NCBI GenBank assembly: GCA_963526655.1
Contig: CAUROB010000001.1
Location: forward strand, 1 to 47,586
Reading direction: 5' to 3'
Source of the DNA: an uncultured Candidatus Saccharibacteria bacterium
Lineage (GTDB): Bacteria > Patescibacteriota > Saccharimonadia > Saccharimonadales > Saccharimonadaceae
Length of the DNA: 47,586 nt
A model generated the notes under the pieces. That model was not told the origin of the DNA, did not search any database, and saw nothing but the letters and a program-made list of their open reading frames with translations. Positions 27,374-36,225 of this stretch are shown piece after piece. The position numbers were made by a program, and so were the translations under genes. Every line of letters starts with the position of its first letter. The stretch's first letter is position 1.

Positions 27374-29893
27374 TTAACTAGTTAAATCTTCGGGCTTAAT
27401 CCCCAGAGAAAGAGAGATTTCTCGAATTGTACCACCGGTCTTACCAATTCGACTACTAAACCGAGGATCGGTTTGTGCCAAAACAAGGTTCTTGCGCAAC
27501 GTATCCAGACCAGCTTCATTGATTTGCGAGACAAAGCTTTGGTCGCTCAACGCTTCCTTTAGCGGCTTTAAGTAAGCCAAGTCTGAACCGACAATCGCTT
27601 CGGTCGACAAACCACCGATATTAAGGTTATCAAGCATAAGTTTCCTCATGTAGTCTGGGCCGTTCATATTAACATTGTTGGCCTTGATAGCCGCTGCAGC
27701 TGCACCACCTAACCAAGCTGGTTTAGCAGAGTTGGACAGCAGCGCGTCACCGTATTCTTGCGCTAACTCATCATTTAGTGCACCAAAGTCGGTTTTTTGC
27801 AGTAAGCTCTGGATAGCTACGGCGTCTTTACCACCCAATACATGGTGAACCGCTGCATAGCGGATATCATCAGTAACCGTCAAGTTGCGCCGGCTGACAC
27901 CGTTTGCCAAGTCCACCATATCATCATTGCTGACGTTCATAGCATTGAGGATAGTCATAGCGTTCTCAATCGATTCCTTATTAGCCTTGGTGATGGTACT
28001 ACGCGCCGCTGACCATACGCGCTGTGAGCCACGATCCTTGCCGAAGTACATATTTTCCACGGAACCTGCTTGGGCTCGCAACCCTTCCTGGTCGGCTAAG
28101 CTCTTTGCTAATATGTGATCATTAACACGCTGAATACTGTTTTTTCGTAGCCCTTGAATCGCAATATTGCGCGCTTCTTGTTGAGTTTCTTCCTGTAGTG
28201 TTTCATAGCGGCGGGCAGCTCTCTTTTTCAGGTTAGCTGGTGTTTGTGTATTCTGATCCTTATACTTAACTTTCATCTCCTCATAAGCGTTTGCGGTCGT
28301 GACATCAGCTAGCGACAATTGGTCAGCGGCAGCTCGCGACTCAATGTCAGCAATTTGGTTAGCGCGGGAAAGTTTGTAGGCTGCGTCAGCCCGTTTTTGG
28401 TAGGCTTCTGAACGAGTTTTGAATTTACGCGAGCGGTAATTAGCCCAGCGCCCCACTTTGCGTATACCATTGTTCAGCTCACCATCGGCTTTACTTAATG
28501 AATTCTTGTGTGCTGCCAATTGACTGCGGTCACGGGACCAGTTCTTTGTACGATCGATAACACCACGGTTCTTGTTGTTGACCATACCAGCTACTCGACC
28601 CAGCACACCGCCGCTTAGCTTAAATACCAGCGGTGCGATGGCTAGGGCTGAAACTTGCACTGCCAGTCCTAAAATCACCATAATCCATGAATTGGCGTTT
28701 TGTAAAATGATCATTCCTGCCAGCTGTGCTCCGCCAAAGACCACTGAAAATGCTGGGAAGAATATCACCAGGGTGAACATTAAGTTTCGCCATTTTTCAA
28801 AGAATTTCTCGGTGCCTGGTAACAGATAGCACACGAAAGCCAGCGGTGATATGACCGTCAGAATGATCAGTAATGCCTGTCGTGCCGCCAGGATGATAAA
28901 GACGACCGTCAGGGTTAATAAGATACTAGCGATGATAGGCAGTAACCAGTAAGCGGCTGAAGCTAATGACCCGCCAGTTACTGCCAGCGCGCCATAGACC
29001 CCTGCTGTTGCTGCGCCACCAGACAGAACCATAGCCACCAAGTCACTCCAGGTTGGTAGTGGAGCACCATTAAACGCACCATTTGCTGACACCTGAGAAC
29101 GAATTTCGTTGAACATATCTTGTAGGGCGACACCAAAGATATTCGACAGATCGATCATCGCAGCACAGATGATGAAAGACAGGTTAACTAAAATTGCGGC
29201 AATAACCACTCGTGGAACTAGTTTTTTGATACCGTAGTTACTAATGCCAACTGAGGTGAGCTGTGAATAAATAACGATCAAAAAGGCGACGATGAACGCT
29301 GCATTGGCGATGTTTCGCATGATATCCCAGGCGACCTTTACCCCAGAGTTATTGTTGGAGCTGTCTATCGCTGGTGTAGTCATCAGGTCGGAAATCCAGG
29401 TATACACTTCATCAATTCCTGAGGCGATCCCATTAGAGATTGGGCAAATAAACCAACCCGTTCCCCCTCTCACATCACATTCTGACTCACTAGGGTTACT
29501 GTCTTGTTTAACTTCAATGTCTTCTGGTTCGCCTGCCTGTGTTGGTGTGCTGCCGTTTAGAGTGTATTTAACATATTTCGCGGTAGTAGCAGTTCGTGGA
29601 TTGCTATTTCCAGCGAAAAATACTACGGTTGACTGATTACCTTCGGTAGCCTCGTAGACCCAGTCTTTACTGTCACGACCAAGCAGTTTTTTACGAGCTG
29701 TGTCGTTAACTGGTTTGAGTGTTTTACCGTCAACGACCAGGGAATCGCTTTTCCACTGGGCTTCAGCGGCATAGACCGAAGTAGAGTTGATGAGTATACC
29801 ACTAAAAAACCCGACAAAAATACCAATAGTCAGTATGGCAAACCACTGCGACCGACGTATTTGCGGACGCACTCGCATTTTCAACCACTCCAT
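27374..29893 (-). CDS. VirB6/TrbL-like polytopic membrane protein (paralog 2)
   Basis: GWFICP, WDIMRNIAN, SNYGIKKLVPR, ISPLAFVCYLLP..W core; soluble N- and C-terminal extensions; start uncertain (29893 or 29878). Confidence 0.8.
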   Translation of the reverse strand: MEWLKMRVRPQIRRSQWFAILTIGIFVGFFSGILINSTSVYAAEAQWKSDSLVVDGKTLKPVNDTARKKLLGRDSKDWVYEATEGNQSTVVFFAGNSNPRTATTAKYVKYTLNGSTPTQAGEPEDIEVKQDSNPSESECDVRGGTGWFICPISNGIASGIDEVYTWISDLMTTPAIDSSNNNSGVKVAWDIMRNIANAAFIVAFLIVIYSQLTSVGISNYGIKKLVPRVVIAAILVNLSFIICAAMIDLSNIFGVALQDMFNEIRSQVSANGAFNGAPLPTWSDLVAMVLSGGAATAGVYGALAVTGGSLASAAYWLLPIIASILLTLTVVFIILAARQALLIILTVISPLAFVCYLLPGTEKFFEKWRNLMFTLVIFFPAFSVVFGGAQLAGMIILQNANSWIMVILGLAVQVSALAIAPLVFKLSGGVLGRVAGMVNNKNRGVIDRTKNWSRDRSQLAAHKNSLSKADGELNNGIRKVGRWANYRSRKFKTRSEAYQKRADAAYKLSRANQIADIESRAAADQLSLADVTTANAYEEMKVKYKDQNTQTPANLKKRAARRYETLQEETQQEARNIAIQGLRKNSIQRVNDHILAKSLADQEGLRAQAGSVENMYFGKDRGSQRVWSAARSTITKANKESIENAMTILNAMNVSNDDMVDLANGVSRRNLTVTDDIRYAAVHHVLGGKDAVAIQSLLQKTDFGALNDELAQEYGDALLSNSAKPAWLGGAAAAAIKANNVNMNGPDYMRKLMLDNLNIGGLSTEAIVGSDLAYLKPLKEALSDQSFVSQINEAGLDTLRKNLVLAQTDPRFSSRIGKTGGTIREISLSLGIKPEDLTS

Positions 29894-29901
29894 TACTGTA
29901 A

Positions 29902-29930
29902 ATGGTAGCATTTTTTCGCGCAAAAGTCAA
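29902..29930 (-). promoter_or_regulatory. Sigma70-type promoter of second virB6
   Basis: Minus strand TTGACT-17 bp-TACCAT with extended TG; ATG 8 nt downstream. Confidence 0.65.
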
Positions 29931-29940
29931 CTATATGAAT

Positions 29941-32900
29941 CTATCGGCCAAACGCAGTAGGCGGTCGGTTGCGTCGGTGTTGTGACCGTCCAGTGCCACT
30001 GGTACCACCCTGGTCAATATAGCTCGGTGGGATACTGGTAGCACTCGTCGGATCAGAAGATCTGTCTACCTGCACAGTAACGTTAACCTGTGGAGCTGGA
30101 GCCTGTGTTTGACCACCTGAAGATGAGGACAATGAATCTGGTTTTGGAGCTTCTGCTCCTCGTGCCTGTTCTTTGATGGCGTATTGACGATCAGGGGCCA
30201 TGCTTGGTGCTTGAGAAGGTGTTGACTGCGAACTAGCCATATTAGACTTTATTGTGTCAATTGCCGACTGAAGATTAGGCTGACCTTCTTGACCCAAAGC
30301 CTTAAACACTGGTGCGGTCTTACCATTGGCTTGACCCATGTATCGTGAGCTATCGGACACTTCAGCAGCCCTACTGTTTGCCAAGCCTCCCTTGTCGTAA
30401 GCATTAACAAGTGCCTCTGCACTTTGCGTAGATAAATTATCTACAGAAAGGTTTTCAAATGCTTTACTTGTCATTTGGGCTAGCTCGTCTCGACTAACAC
30501 CATAAGCCTGCTGTCCTTTACCTATTGCGTCAAAACCGGCCACTCCGGCAGCGGCCACTCCGGCATCGTATTTCTTGACATTGGTGAGAGCATCCCCCAT
30601 CTCGATGCTGGTAATTTTACCACCCTCTTCCAAGTATTTACGCAACTGTGCTGTTCCCCAGGCACCCGATTGGGATAATTTTTCTGCAGCAGCCGCTTGA
30701 ACGTATTTGTCATCTGACCGTAGAGCCTCAGTTGCATTGCTGTTGTATTCGAATCGCAATTTTTTGGCTGCAGCTTCTTGAGATAATTTATGAATATATT
30801 CCTGGCCACCAGTAGTAGCTGCCGCAAACCCAAGGCGCTTGTCTAGTTCACCTCCAGAAGCTTCAGCCAGCCCTTCTCGGTAGCGCTGCTGTTCGCTTTG
30901 TTCTGCCAGAGCTGCTCGGGTTTCTCTGTCGAGTGAGCGTTGGTTTATTTTTCTAAAGCCCCGTTGCAGACCACCACTCCAGACGCGTCTAGGAGCCTTA
31001 CTCTTGCTAAAATCTTTCGCCATAAATTCACGACGTTTCATACCTGCTCGACGTTTAGCAAACTTATTTCCCGCATTAAGCGCTGGTGCTGATGCCTTGT
31101 TCAATAGTCCATTTGCCCGCCCCATCAGGTTGCCGATGATAGCATTGGATTTTAGAGCCATACCAAGGATGACGAAAGTACCAGCAAATAAAAGTGCCAA
31201 AGCCATCAGTTGTTGTACCACTCCACCGGTTTTGTCAGCAAGGGCAGTAAAGGCTAATAATTTTAATCCGCCGTAGTATATTGCCGCCAAAGGATAGAGG
31301 AAGACCATACCGGTGAAGACTTTTTTCCACTTGTCAAAGACACTTTGGGTGTTTGGTAAAATCCAAGCTGCAAAGGCCAATGGAGCTAAGATTGCCAGTA
31401 CCGGTATCACTGCTGATCGAAATACCAATGCTAACAACCCTGAGACGATGCCGATCACACCTGGAACGATTGCCATAAGCACAAACATAAACAGGGTTCC
31501 AATCCCGAAAACTGAGGCCGCAATTGTTCCACCAATTAGTGTCGCTCCAGCCGCCGTGCCGCCACCTGCTAAAATTGCTGTCAATAAAGCACCCCAGCCA
31601 ACATCGGTAAGATTCATGCTTTGTATCGGTGTTGTGATTATTCCTAATAAGGTGCTACCGATAATGTTTGCAATATCAACGATGATTTGGATAACAAAGT
31701 AGGATATATTAACTGCAACTGCAGCGATGATGAAACGAGGTAACATTTTCTTGATGCCGTAATTGGATATACCGACATTCGACACCTGTGAGATGATGAT
31801 TAGTATAAATACCAGTGCCAATAGAACGTTAGCAAGGTCTCTCATGGTTTTCCATGCATCATATGTACTTCCTGTTGCTTGTAAAGGACTTGTAACCAAA
31901 TACCCTTCTAACATTCCCCAGACTGAGTCGGCAAAATCAGCTAACTTTTCAATGGCTGGGCAGAGAAACCACCCTACGCCAGTCAATTCACTTGTACAGG
32001 TCTTCTCTTCCTTTTCTTCTCCCGCTCCTTCTGTTGACTGGGCTGTAGCATCAGCACTTTGTTCTGGAGTATCCCCTACGGAAAGTTCTTTTTGTTCATC
32101 CTTATGTTCAGACGCATATTTGGCAAACTTATCAAAAGCACCCCTGTTGTTTTGGAGCCAAGAACCGATATCGCTACAACTTACTTCGACTAATCCTCCC
32201 TCAGTGTCGTCGGTTGCTGCCAACCAGACTTTTTCATTACCCTTGGAAGTTTTATAAATCATGTCGGCGGTTTTGCCACCTGTACTGGTAAATGGAATTT
32301 TGTAGTAATAATACCCCGAGCTATCTGGATTTTCTTTAGGGATTTCCTTGAGAGATTTATCACCGCTAGCAGAACAACCGCTAGCAGAACTAGTAAATGT
32401 TTTTGAATACATATACCATTGTTCGGCACTGCCTGAAGCTATAGAAGGTAGGCTACCGGTGGCATTTTTGATACCGTCTTTGAAACGTTCTTTAATGGCC
32501 GCGCCACCCTTTTTTGGTGCACAACCACCCGGAGGATTTTCGTCAGGAGCTAAATTACTACTAGAATAGTAAACAGTGTATGAAGTAAAATAATTTGGTT
32601 TTGATACACTCCGTAAGTCGTTAACATTTTGTGTAAAACGACCCCAAGAATTCCATTCATACTTTTTACATCTTTCCCAATTTCGAAACACCCAGCCAGC
32701 TTTGGTTTGATCAATAAAAAATTTACCACCCATATGCCGGTAGAAGTCAGCATATTTAGAAGAGCCCTCCCAAATATCAATCCCCGCTTTTAGGAGGCTA
32801 GCACAGCTGAGATCTCCACCGATTTGTTTTGTGATGGGGTCGACGCCTGAGTAGGATTTAATACCGCCTTTGGTATTTTTTCCCACAAAGGTATTTGCAC

Positions 32901-33159
32901 GCTCCTCATTATCACCGTTAGATGGCGCCCAGTTAGAGTCGGTGCTTGTCGTGTTTCTATACCGCATCCCCTCGAAATCGGTCATACATGTCCAATCGTT
33001 GGTGCCACGCTTCATCAAATTAGCGTAAAGTAGTGTTGACTCAACTTTTTGTTTTAATTTCAAATTTTTCGCAGCTTCTGCCTGCGGAGCAAGTAGCACT
33101 GCTGATATAAGTGCCACCACTAGTGTGGAGAGTACTATCAACCCTCGCTTTTTACTCAT
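29941..33159 (-). CDS. VirB6/TrbL-like polytopic membrane protein (paralog 1, large Cys-containing N-terminal domain)
   Basis: Signal peptide MSKKRGLIV..AEA; GWFLCP, WKTMRDLAN, SNYGIKKMLPR, LAPLAFAAWILP..W core. Confidence 0.8.
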   Translation of the reverse strand: MSKKRGLIVLSTLVVALISAVLLAPQAEAAKNLKLKQKVESTLLYANLMKRGTNDWTCMTDFEGMRYRNTTSTDSNWAPSNGDNEERANTFVGKNTKGGIKSYSGVDPITKQIGGDLSCASLLKAGIDIWEGSSKYADFYRHMGGKFFIDQTKAGWVFRNWERCKKYEWNSWGRFTQNVNDLRSVSKPNYFTSYTVYYSSSNLAPDENPPGGCAPKKGGAAIKERFKDGIKNATGSLPSIASGSAEQWYMYSKTFTSSASGCSASGDKSLKEIPKENPDSSGYYYYKIPFTSTGGKTADMIYKTSKGNEKVWLAATDDTEGGLVEVSCSDIGSWLQNNRGAFDKFAKYASEHKDEQKELSVGDTPEQSADATAQSTEGAGEEKEEKTCTSELTGVGWFLCPAIEKLADFADSVWGMLEGYLVTSPLQATGSTYDAWKTMRDLANVLLALVFILIIISQVSNVGISNYGIKKMLPRFIIAAVAVNISYFVIQIIVDIANIIGSTLLGIITTPIQSMNLTDVGWGALLTAILAGGGTAAGATLIGGTIAASVFGIGTLFMFVLMAIVPGVIGIVSGLLALVFRSAVIPVLAILAPLAFAAWILPNTQSVFDKWKKVFTGMVFLYPLAAIYYGGLKLLAFTALADKTGGVVQQLMALALLFAGTFVILGMALKSNAIIGNLMGRANGLLNKASAPALNAGNKFAKRRAGMKRREFMAKDFSKSKAPRRVWSGGLQRGFRKINQRSLDRETRAALAEQSEQQRYREGLAEASGGELDKRLGFAAATTGGQEYIHKLSQEAAAKKLRFEYNSNATEALRSDDKYVQAAAAEKLSQSGAWGTAQLRKYLEEGGKITSIEMGDALTNVKKYDAGVAAAGVAGFDAIGKGQQAYGVSRDELAQMTSKAFENLSVDNLSTQSAEALVNAYDKGGLANSRAAEVSDSSRYMGQANGKTAPVFKALGQEGQPNLQSAIDTIKSNMASSQSTPSQAPSMAPDRQYAIKEQARGAEAPKPDSLSSSSGGQTQAPAPQVNVTVQVDRSSDPTSATSIPPSYIDQGGTSGTGRSQHRRNRPPTAFGR

Positions 33160-33182
33160 GTTTTGATGCCCTTTCAGAAAAA

Positions 33183-33226
33183 ACATATACACTACAAATT
33201 GTAGTGTATATGTCCCAAAAGCGCAA
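33183..33226 (-). promoter_or_regulatory. Perfect 31-bp palindrome overlapping predicted virB6 promoter
   Basis: acatatacactacaa-a-ttgtagtgtatatgt (33183-33213); minus strand TTGCGC(33221-33226)-17 bp-TACAAT(33198-33203). Confidence 0.7.
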
Positions 33227-33234
33227 ATGCTTAA

Positions 33235-34296
33235 TTATGACTGTTTTTCTTCTTGGATTTCTTTATAGCTTGCCTGGTGAGGGTTGAAATCTAGCTTACT
33301 AATAACAACAAGGCCTTCATTGGTCTTTTTGAATGAAATATAGCCATCTTTTATACCTTTGATAGACAATCCCAGGATACGGTCTAGGCCTCCAAGGTTG
33401 TTACTACCAACCTTATCAACTAAGCTTGTGATTGTTTCAGAATCCTCGGCTTCGGTATCTGGCCGACAACTAAACTTCATGCCAACTGTTTCATTGGAGT
33501 ATTGTGCGTTATCAACAGACATTTCTTCGATAGATATTTTTCCTAAGAATTTGTCCGGTTCGGCTGGAGAGGTAAATGAAGGTAAGGCTGTACCCCACTT
33601 ATTTTCTCTACGCTCAGCGTTATCGTCTTTTTGTAGATATGCTTCTGAAGATACGAGTTGTGTCAGGAAGGTTGTTAGACCGTTTCCAAGATCAAGTGAT
33701 TTTGGTTTGCCATCCATATCAACGCCCGGGTCTTCGAAAACGGTCCCCTTTAAGTAATTTTCTGCAAAGTAAGAAACTAACTCATCTGCCAACTTAATAG
33801 CACCTCGTTTGGTTGTTGGCTGACCCAGTCTATTAAGGGATTGTACTTCATAGTATTCTGACACTGGTGGGTAACTTTGTTCGTTGGTGTCAGTAAACAC
33901 ATTACATATCTTTTCGAAGATATTAGAGAAATGTTGCCCTAGTTTCTGAGGGTCATTGTAAGCATTTGCAGGAATAGTCAGTGCTTCAAACGCTTTTCGA
34001 CCTTCAGGAATCCTGGAGTCAAAAAAGTGCTTACAAAGTTCTTCTATGGTCTGAAACTCACTCGCTTCTAGTTTTTTTGGACCTTCAGGAGTTGGAGATT
34101 TTTCTGATGAAGAAGTATCATCATTGCTTTCTTCATGTTTAGGCGGTTGTACTGGTGTTTGTTCTGTAGAATTGTTCTGGCTACTACAGCCTGTCACACC
34201 CTCTGCTACAGCCACTGCTCCAGCCCCACAAAGCATCAGAAACCTTCGGCGGTTTAATGTGTCTTTTTTTGAATCGCTTGGGTTATAATCTTTCAT
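33235..34296 (-). CDS. Hypothetical exported protein with twin-arginine-like signal and lipobox-like Cys
   Basis: 353 aa ORF; LNRRRFLMLCGAGAVAVAEGVTGC then Ser/Thr/Pro linker. Confidence 0.7.
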   Translation of the reverse strand: MKDYNPSDSKKDTLNRRRFLMLCGAGAVAVAEGVTGCSSQNNSTEQTPVQPPKHEESNDDTSSSEKSPTPEGPKKLEASEFQTIEELCKHFFDSRIPEGRKAFEALTIPANAYNDPQKLGQHFSNIFEKICNVFTDTNEQSYPPVSEYYEVQSLNRLGQPTTKRGAIKLADELVSYFAENYLKGTVFEDPGVDMDGKPKSLDLGNGLTTFLTQLVSSEAYLQKDDNAERRENKWGTALPSFTSPAEPDKFLGKISIEEMSVDNAQYSNETVGMKFSCRPDTEAEDSETITSLVDKVGSNNLGGLDRILGLSIKGIKDGYISFKKTNEGLVVISKLDFNPHQASYKEIQEEKQS

Positions 34297-34417
34297 AACG
34301 CTTGGGATTCTTTCTCTGGTTTACTACCAGGTTAGTTACATGTACCATATCTACAATCGATATGGCGTGATTATAACACAAAGTATATAAAAATACAAGT
34401 ATGAAAACCAGCAAAAT

Positions 34418-34442
34418 AAAAACACCCTGTCGCTTGGGTGTC
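34418..34442 (-). terminator. Intrinsic terminator after tRNA-Asp
   Basis: Minus strand acaccc-loop-gggtgt followed by T run. Confidence 0.7.
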
Positions 34443-34444
34443 TG

Positions 34445-34522
34445 TGGCGCGCCCGACCGGATTCGAACCGGCGATCTCCTCCGTGACAGGGAGGCGTGAT
34501 GGACCAACTTCACTACGAGCGC
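34445..34522 (-). tRNA. tRNA-Asp(GTC)
   Basis: Cloverleaf, anticodon loop cTGTCAc, GTTCGAATC T-loop, CCA end. Confidence 0.96.
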
Positions 34523-34588
34523 ATGTCAACTAGCTCGATAATACCAAAGACTTCCCTAATATTCAAGAGCTACCAGGTGAAATGCTGT

Positions 34589-34617
34589 TTGCATTTTGAG
34601 CGACAATATCTTACAAT
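34589..34617 (+). promoter_or_regulatory. Predicted promoter of pilin array
   Basis: TTGCAT-17 bp-TACAAT, divergent from tRNA-Asp. Confidence 0.55.
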
Positions 34618-34654
34618 TAGTCACATATCAACCTAATATTGGTAGAACAATTCA

Positions 34655-35044
34655 ATGGTAAACAGAAATTTCTTTACAAAAACCATCATTACTGTAGCTT
34701 TACTAGTCGGTTTTGTTGTCTCGACTCCAGTGTTTGCCGAGGAAGCAGACTCAAGTAAATGTGCTGGTGTTCCTACCTCAACTATAGAGTGTGGCGGTAA
34801 GAGTGGTAAAGAGGCTATTTTTGACATTGTTAAACAGGCAGTAAAAATTTTAACCATGGGTGTAGGTGTCACAGCTGTTGGTGCGGTAGTTTATGGTGGG
34901 ATATTGTTTTCATCATCTGGAGATAAGCCAGAAAACATCAAAAAAGCTCGCGAGATCTGGATCAATGTTGTGATAGGGTTACTGCTATACGCCTTCTTTG
35001 TCACACTGACTCAATTCTTAATTCCAGGAGGAGTATTCTCATGA
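34655..35044 (+). CDS. VirB2/TrbC-like pilin 1
   Basis: Signal peptide, two hydrophobic helices joined by YGGILFSSSGDKPENIKKAR..INVVIGL. Confidence 0.8.
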   Translation: MVNRNFFTKTIITVALLVGFVVSTPVFAEEADSSKCAGVPTSTIECGGKSGKEAIFDIVKQAVKILTMGVGVTAVGAVVYGGILFSSSGDKPENIKKAREIWINVVIGLLLYAFFVTLTQFLIPGGVFS

Positions 35045-35466
35045 TCAAACGAGCAATTGTAGCGCTGACCTTGATAGTTACAGGTAGTTTTGGTATGGCG
35101 TTCGTCAGTACACAGCCTGCTCTGGCTGGTGTTTGTGACGAGCGTGGTCGTGTTATAACTCTAAAACCTTGGTTTTATAACTTAACATCTGGTAATTCGT
35201 GTGATTTAAAGAGTCCGAGTGACGTTGGTGGTTTTGGCCCATATATCTGGCGTATTGCCCTCAACCTCATTGAAGATCTATTTCAAATCACGGGCTATAT
35301 TGCAGCAGGATATATCATATACGGTGGTTTTCTGTTCATCACTAGCTCAGGATCGCCAGATCGGGCTGTTCGTGGACGAAAAACAGTCTTTAACGCCATT
35401 ATTGGCTTAGTTATAGCCATCGCCTCAGTGGGTGTAGTAAACTGGGTGTCAGGAGCATTATTATAA
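35041..35466 (+). CDS. VirB2/TrbC-like pilin 2
   Basis: Signal peptide; YGGFLFITSSGSPDRAVRGRKTVFNAIIGL; ATGA overlap. Confidence 0.82.
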   Translation: MIKRAIVALTLIVTGSFGMAFVSTQPALAGVCDERGRVITLKPWFYNLTSGNSCDLKSPSDVGGFGPYIWRIALNLIEDLFQITGYIAAGYIIYGGFLFITSSGSPDRAVRGRKTVFNAIIGLVIAIASVGVVNWVSGALL

Positions 35467-35468
35467 CT

Positions 35469-35765
35469 ATGGAAAAGTTTATCGTTCAAATTGTTAGCCA
35501 ACTAGGTTCCCCAAGTGACGTAGGGATTCCTGATCGTAAAGATGATAAGGTGGCATTACAAAGTATAGCGAACCTGGTGTTTGCTGTCTCGGCGGTTGTG
35601 GCTATCATCTCCATCATTGTCTACGGTATCATGTATAGTGTATCTGCTGGCGATCCAGGTAAAATTTCTAAGGCTAAAAATGGTATTATCTATTCGGTGG
35701 TTGGTTTGCTGGTGGTATGGTGTGCTTTTGTTATTACAAATTATGTCGCAGGGAGGTTTAACTAA
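35469..35765 (+). CDS. VirB2/TrbC-like pilin 3 (no obvious signal peptide)
   Basis: YGIMYSVSAGDPGKISKAKNGIIYSVVGL. Confidence 0.82.
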   Translation: MEKFIVQIVSQLGSPSDVGIPDRKDDKVALQSIANLVFAVSAVVAIISIIVYGIMYSVSAGDPGKISKAKNGIIYSVVGLLVVWCAFVITNYVAGRFN

Positions 35766-36139
35766 TGAAAAAAACCGTAACTATTACCGCTACTTTGACT
35801 CTCGCCATAGTTGGTGGTTTTTTGCTGTCACAAGCTGCTTCAGCGGTTGGTATTTATGATGCATGTAGTACCGATCCAAATAACATTGTTTGTGCTAACA
35901 GTAGTGAATCAGTTGATCCTGTCATCAAAACAGTCATCAGATATCTGCTGATTATCTCTGGTATTGTATCGGTTGTGATGGTTATTATTGGTGGGTTAAA
36001 ATATACTACATCAAACGGTGACAGTGCCAAGCTAAGCTCTGCTAAGAATACCATCATGTACGCCATCATCGGTGTGATCATCTCTGCTCTTGCGTATGCT
36101 ATCGTTGATTACGTATTTCTTCGCATAATTGGTAAATAG
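35765..36139 (+). CDS. VirB2/TrbC-like pilin 4
   Basis: Signal peptide; GGLKYTTSNGDSAKLSSAKNTIMYAIIG; TAATG coupling. Confidence 0.85.
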   Translation: MKKTVTITATLTLAIVGGFLLSQAASAVGIYDACSTDPNNIVCANSSESVDPVIKTVIRYLLIISGIVSVVMVIIGGLKYTTSNGDSAKLSSAKNTIMYAIIGVIISALAYAIVDYVFLRIIGK

Positions 36140-36225
36140 AGCCCAACACAGTATAGACAGACCGTAAAATATGGTATAATGAAGTAAAATAACAATCAAT
36201 TTCCCAAGGAAAGGAAACGAAATTC

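Noticed and set aside
34283..34513. 76-aa ORF (likewise 38447-38695 and 40273-40467)
   Set aside because: Shadow ORFs running through tRNA genes
18651..34522. Integrative conjugative element inserted at tRNA-Asp
   Set aside because: No integrase, relaxase or duplicated tRNA 3' end found by eye; locus is fused to dnaN
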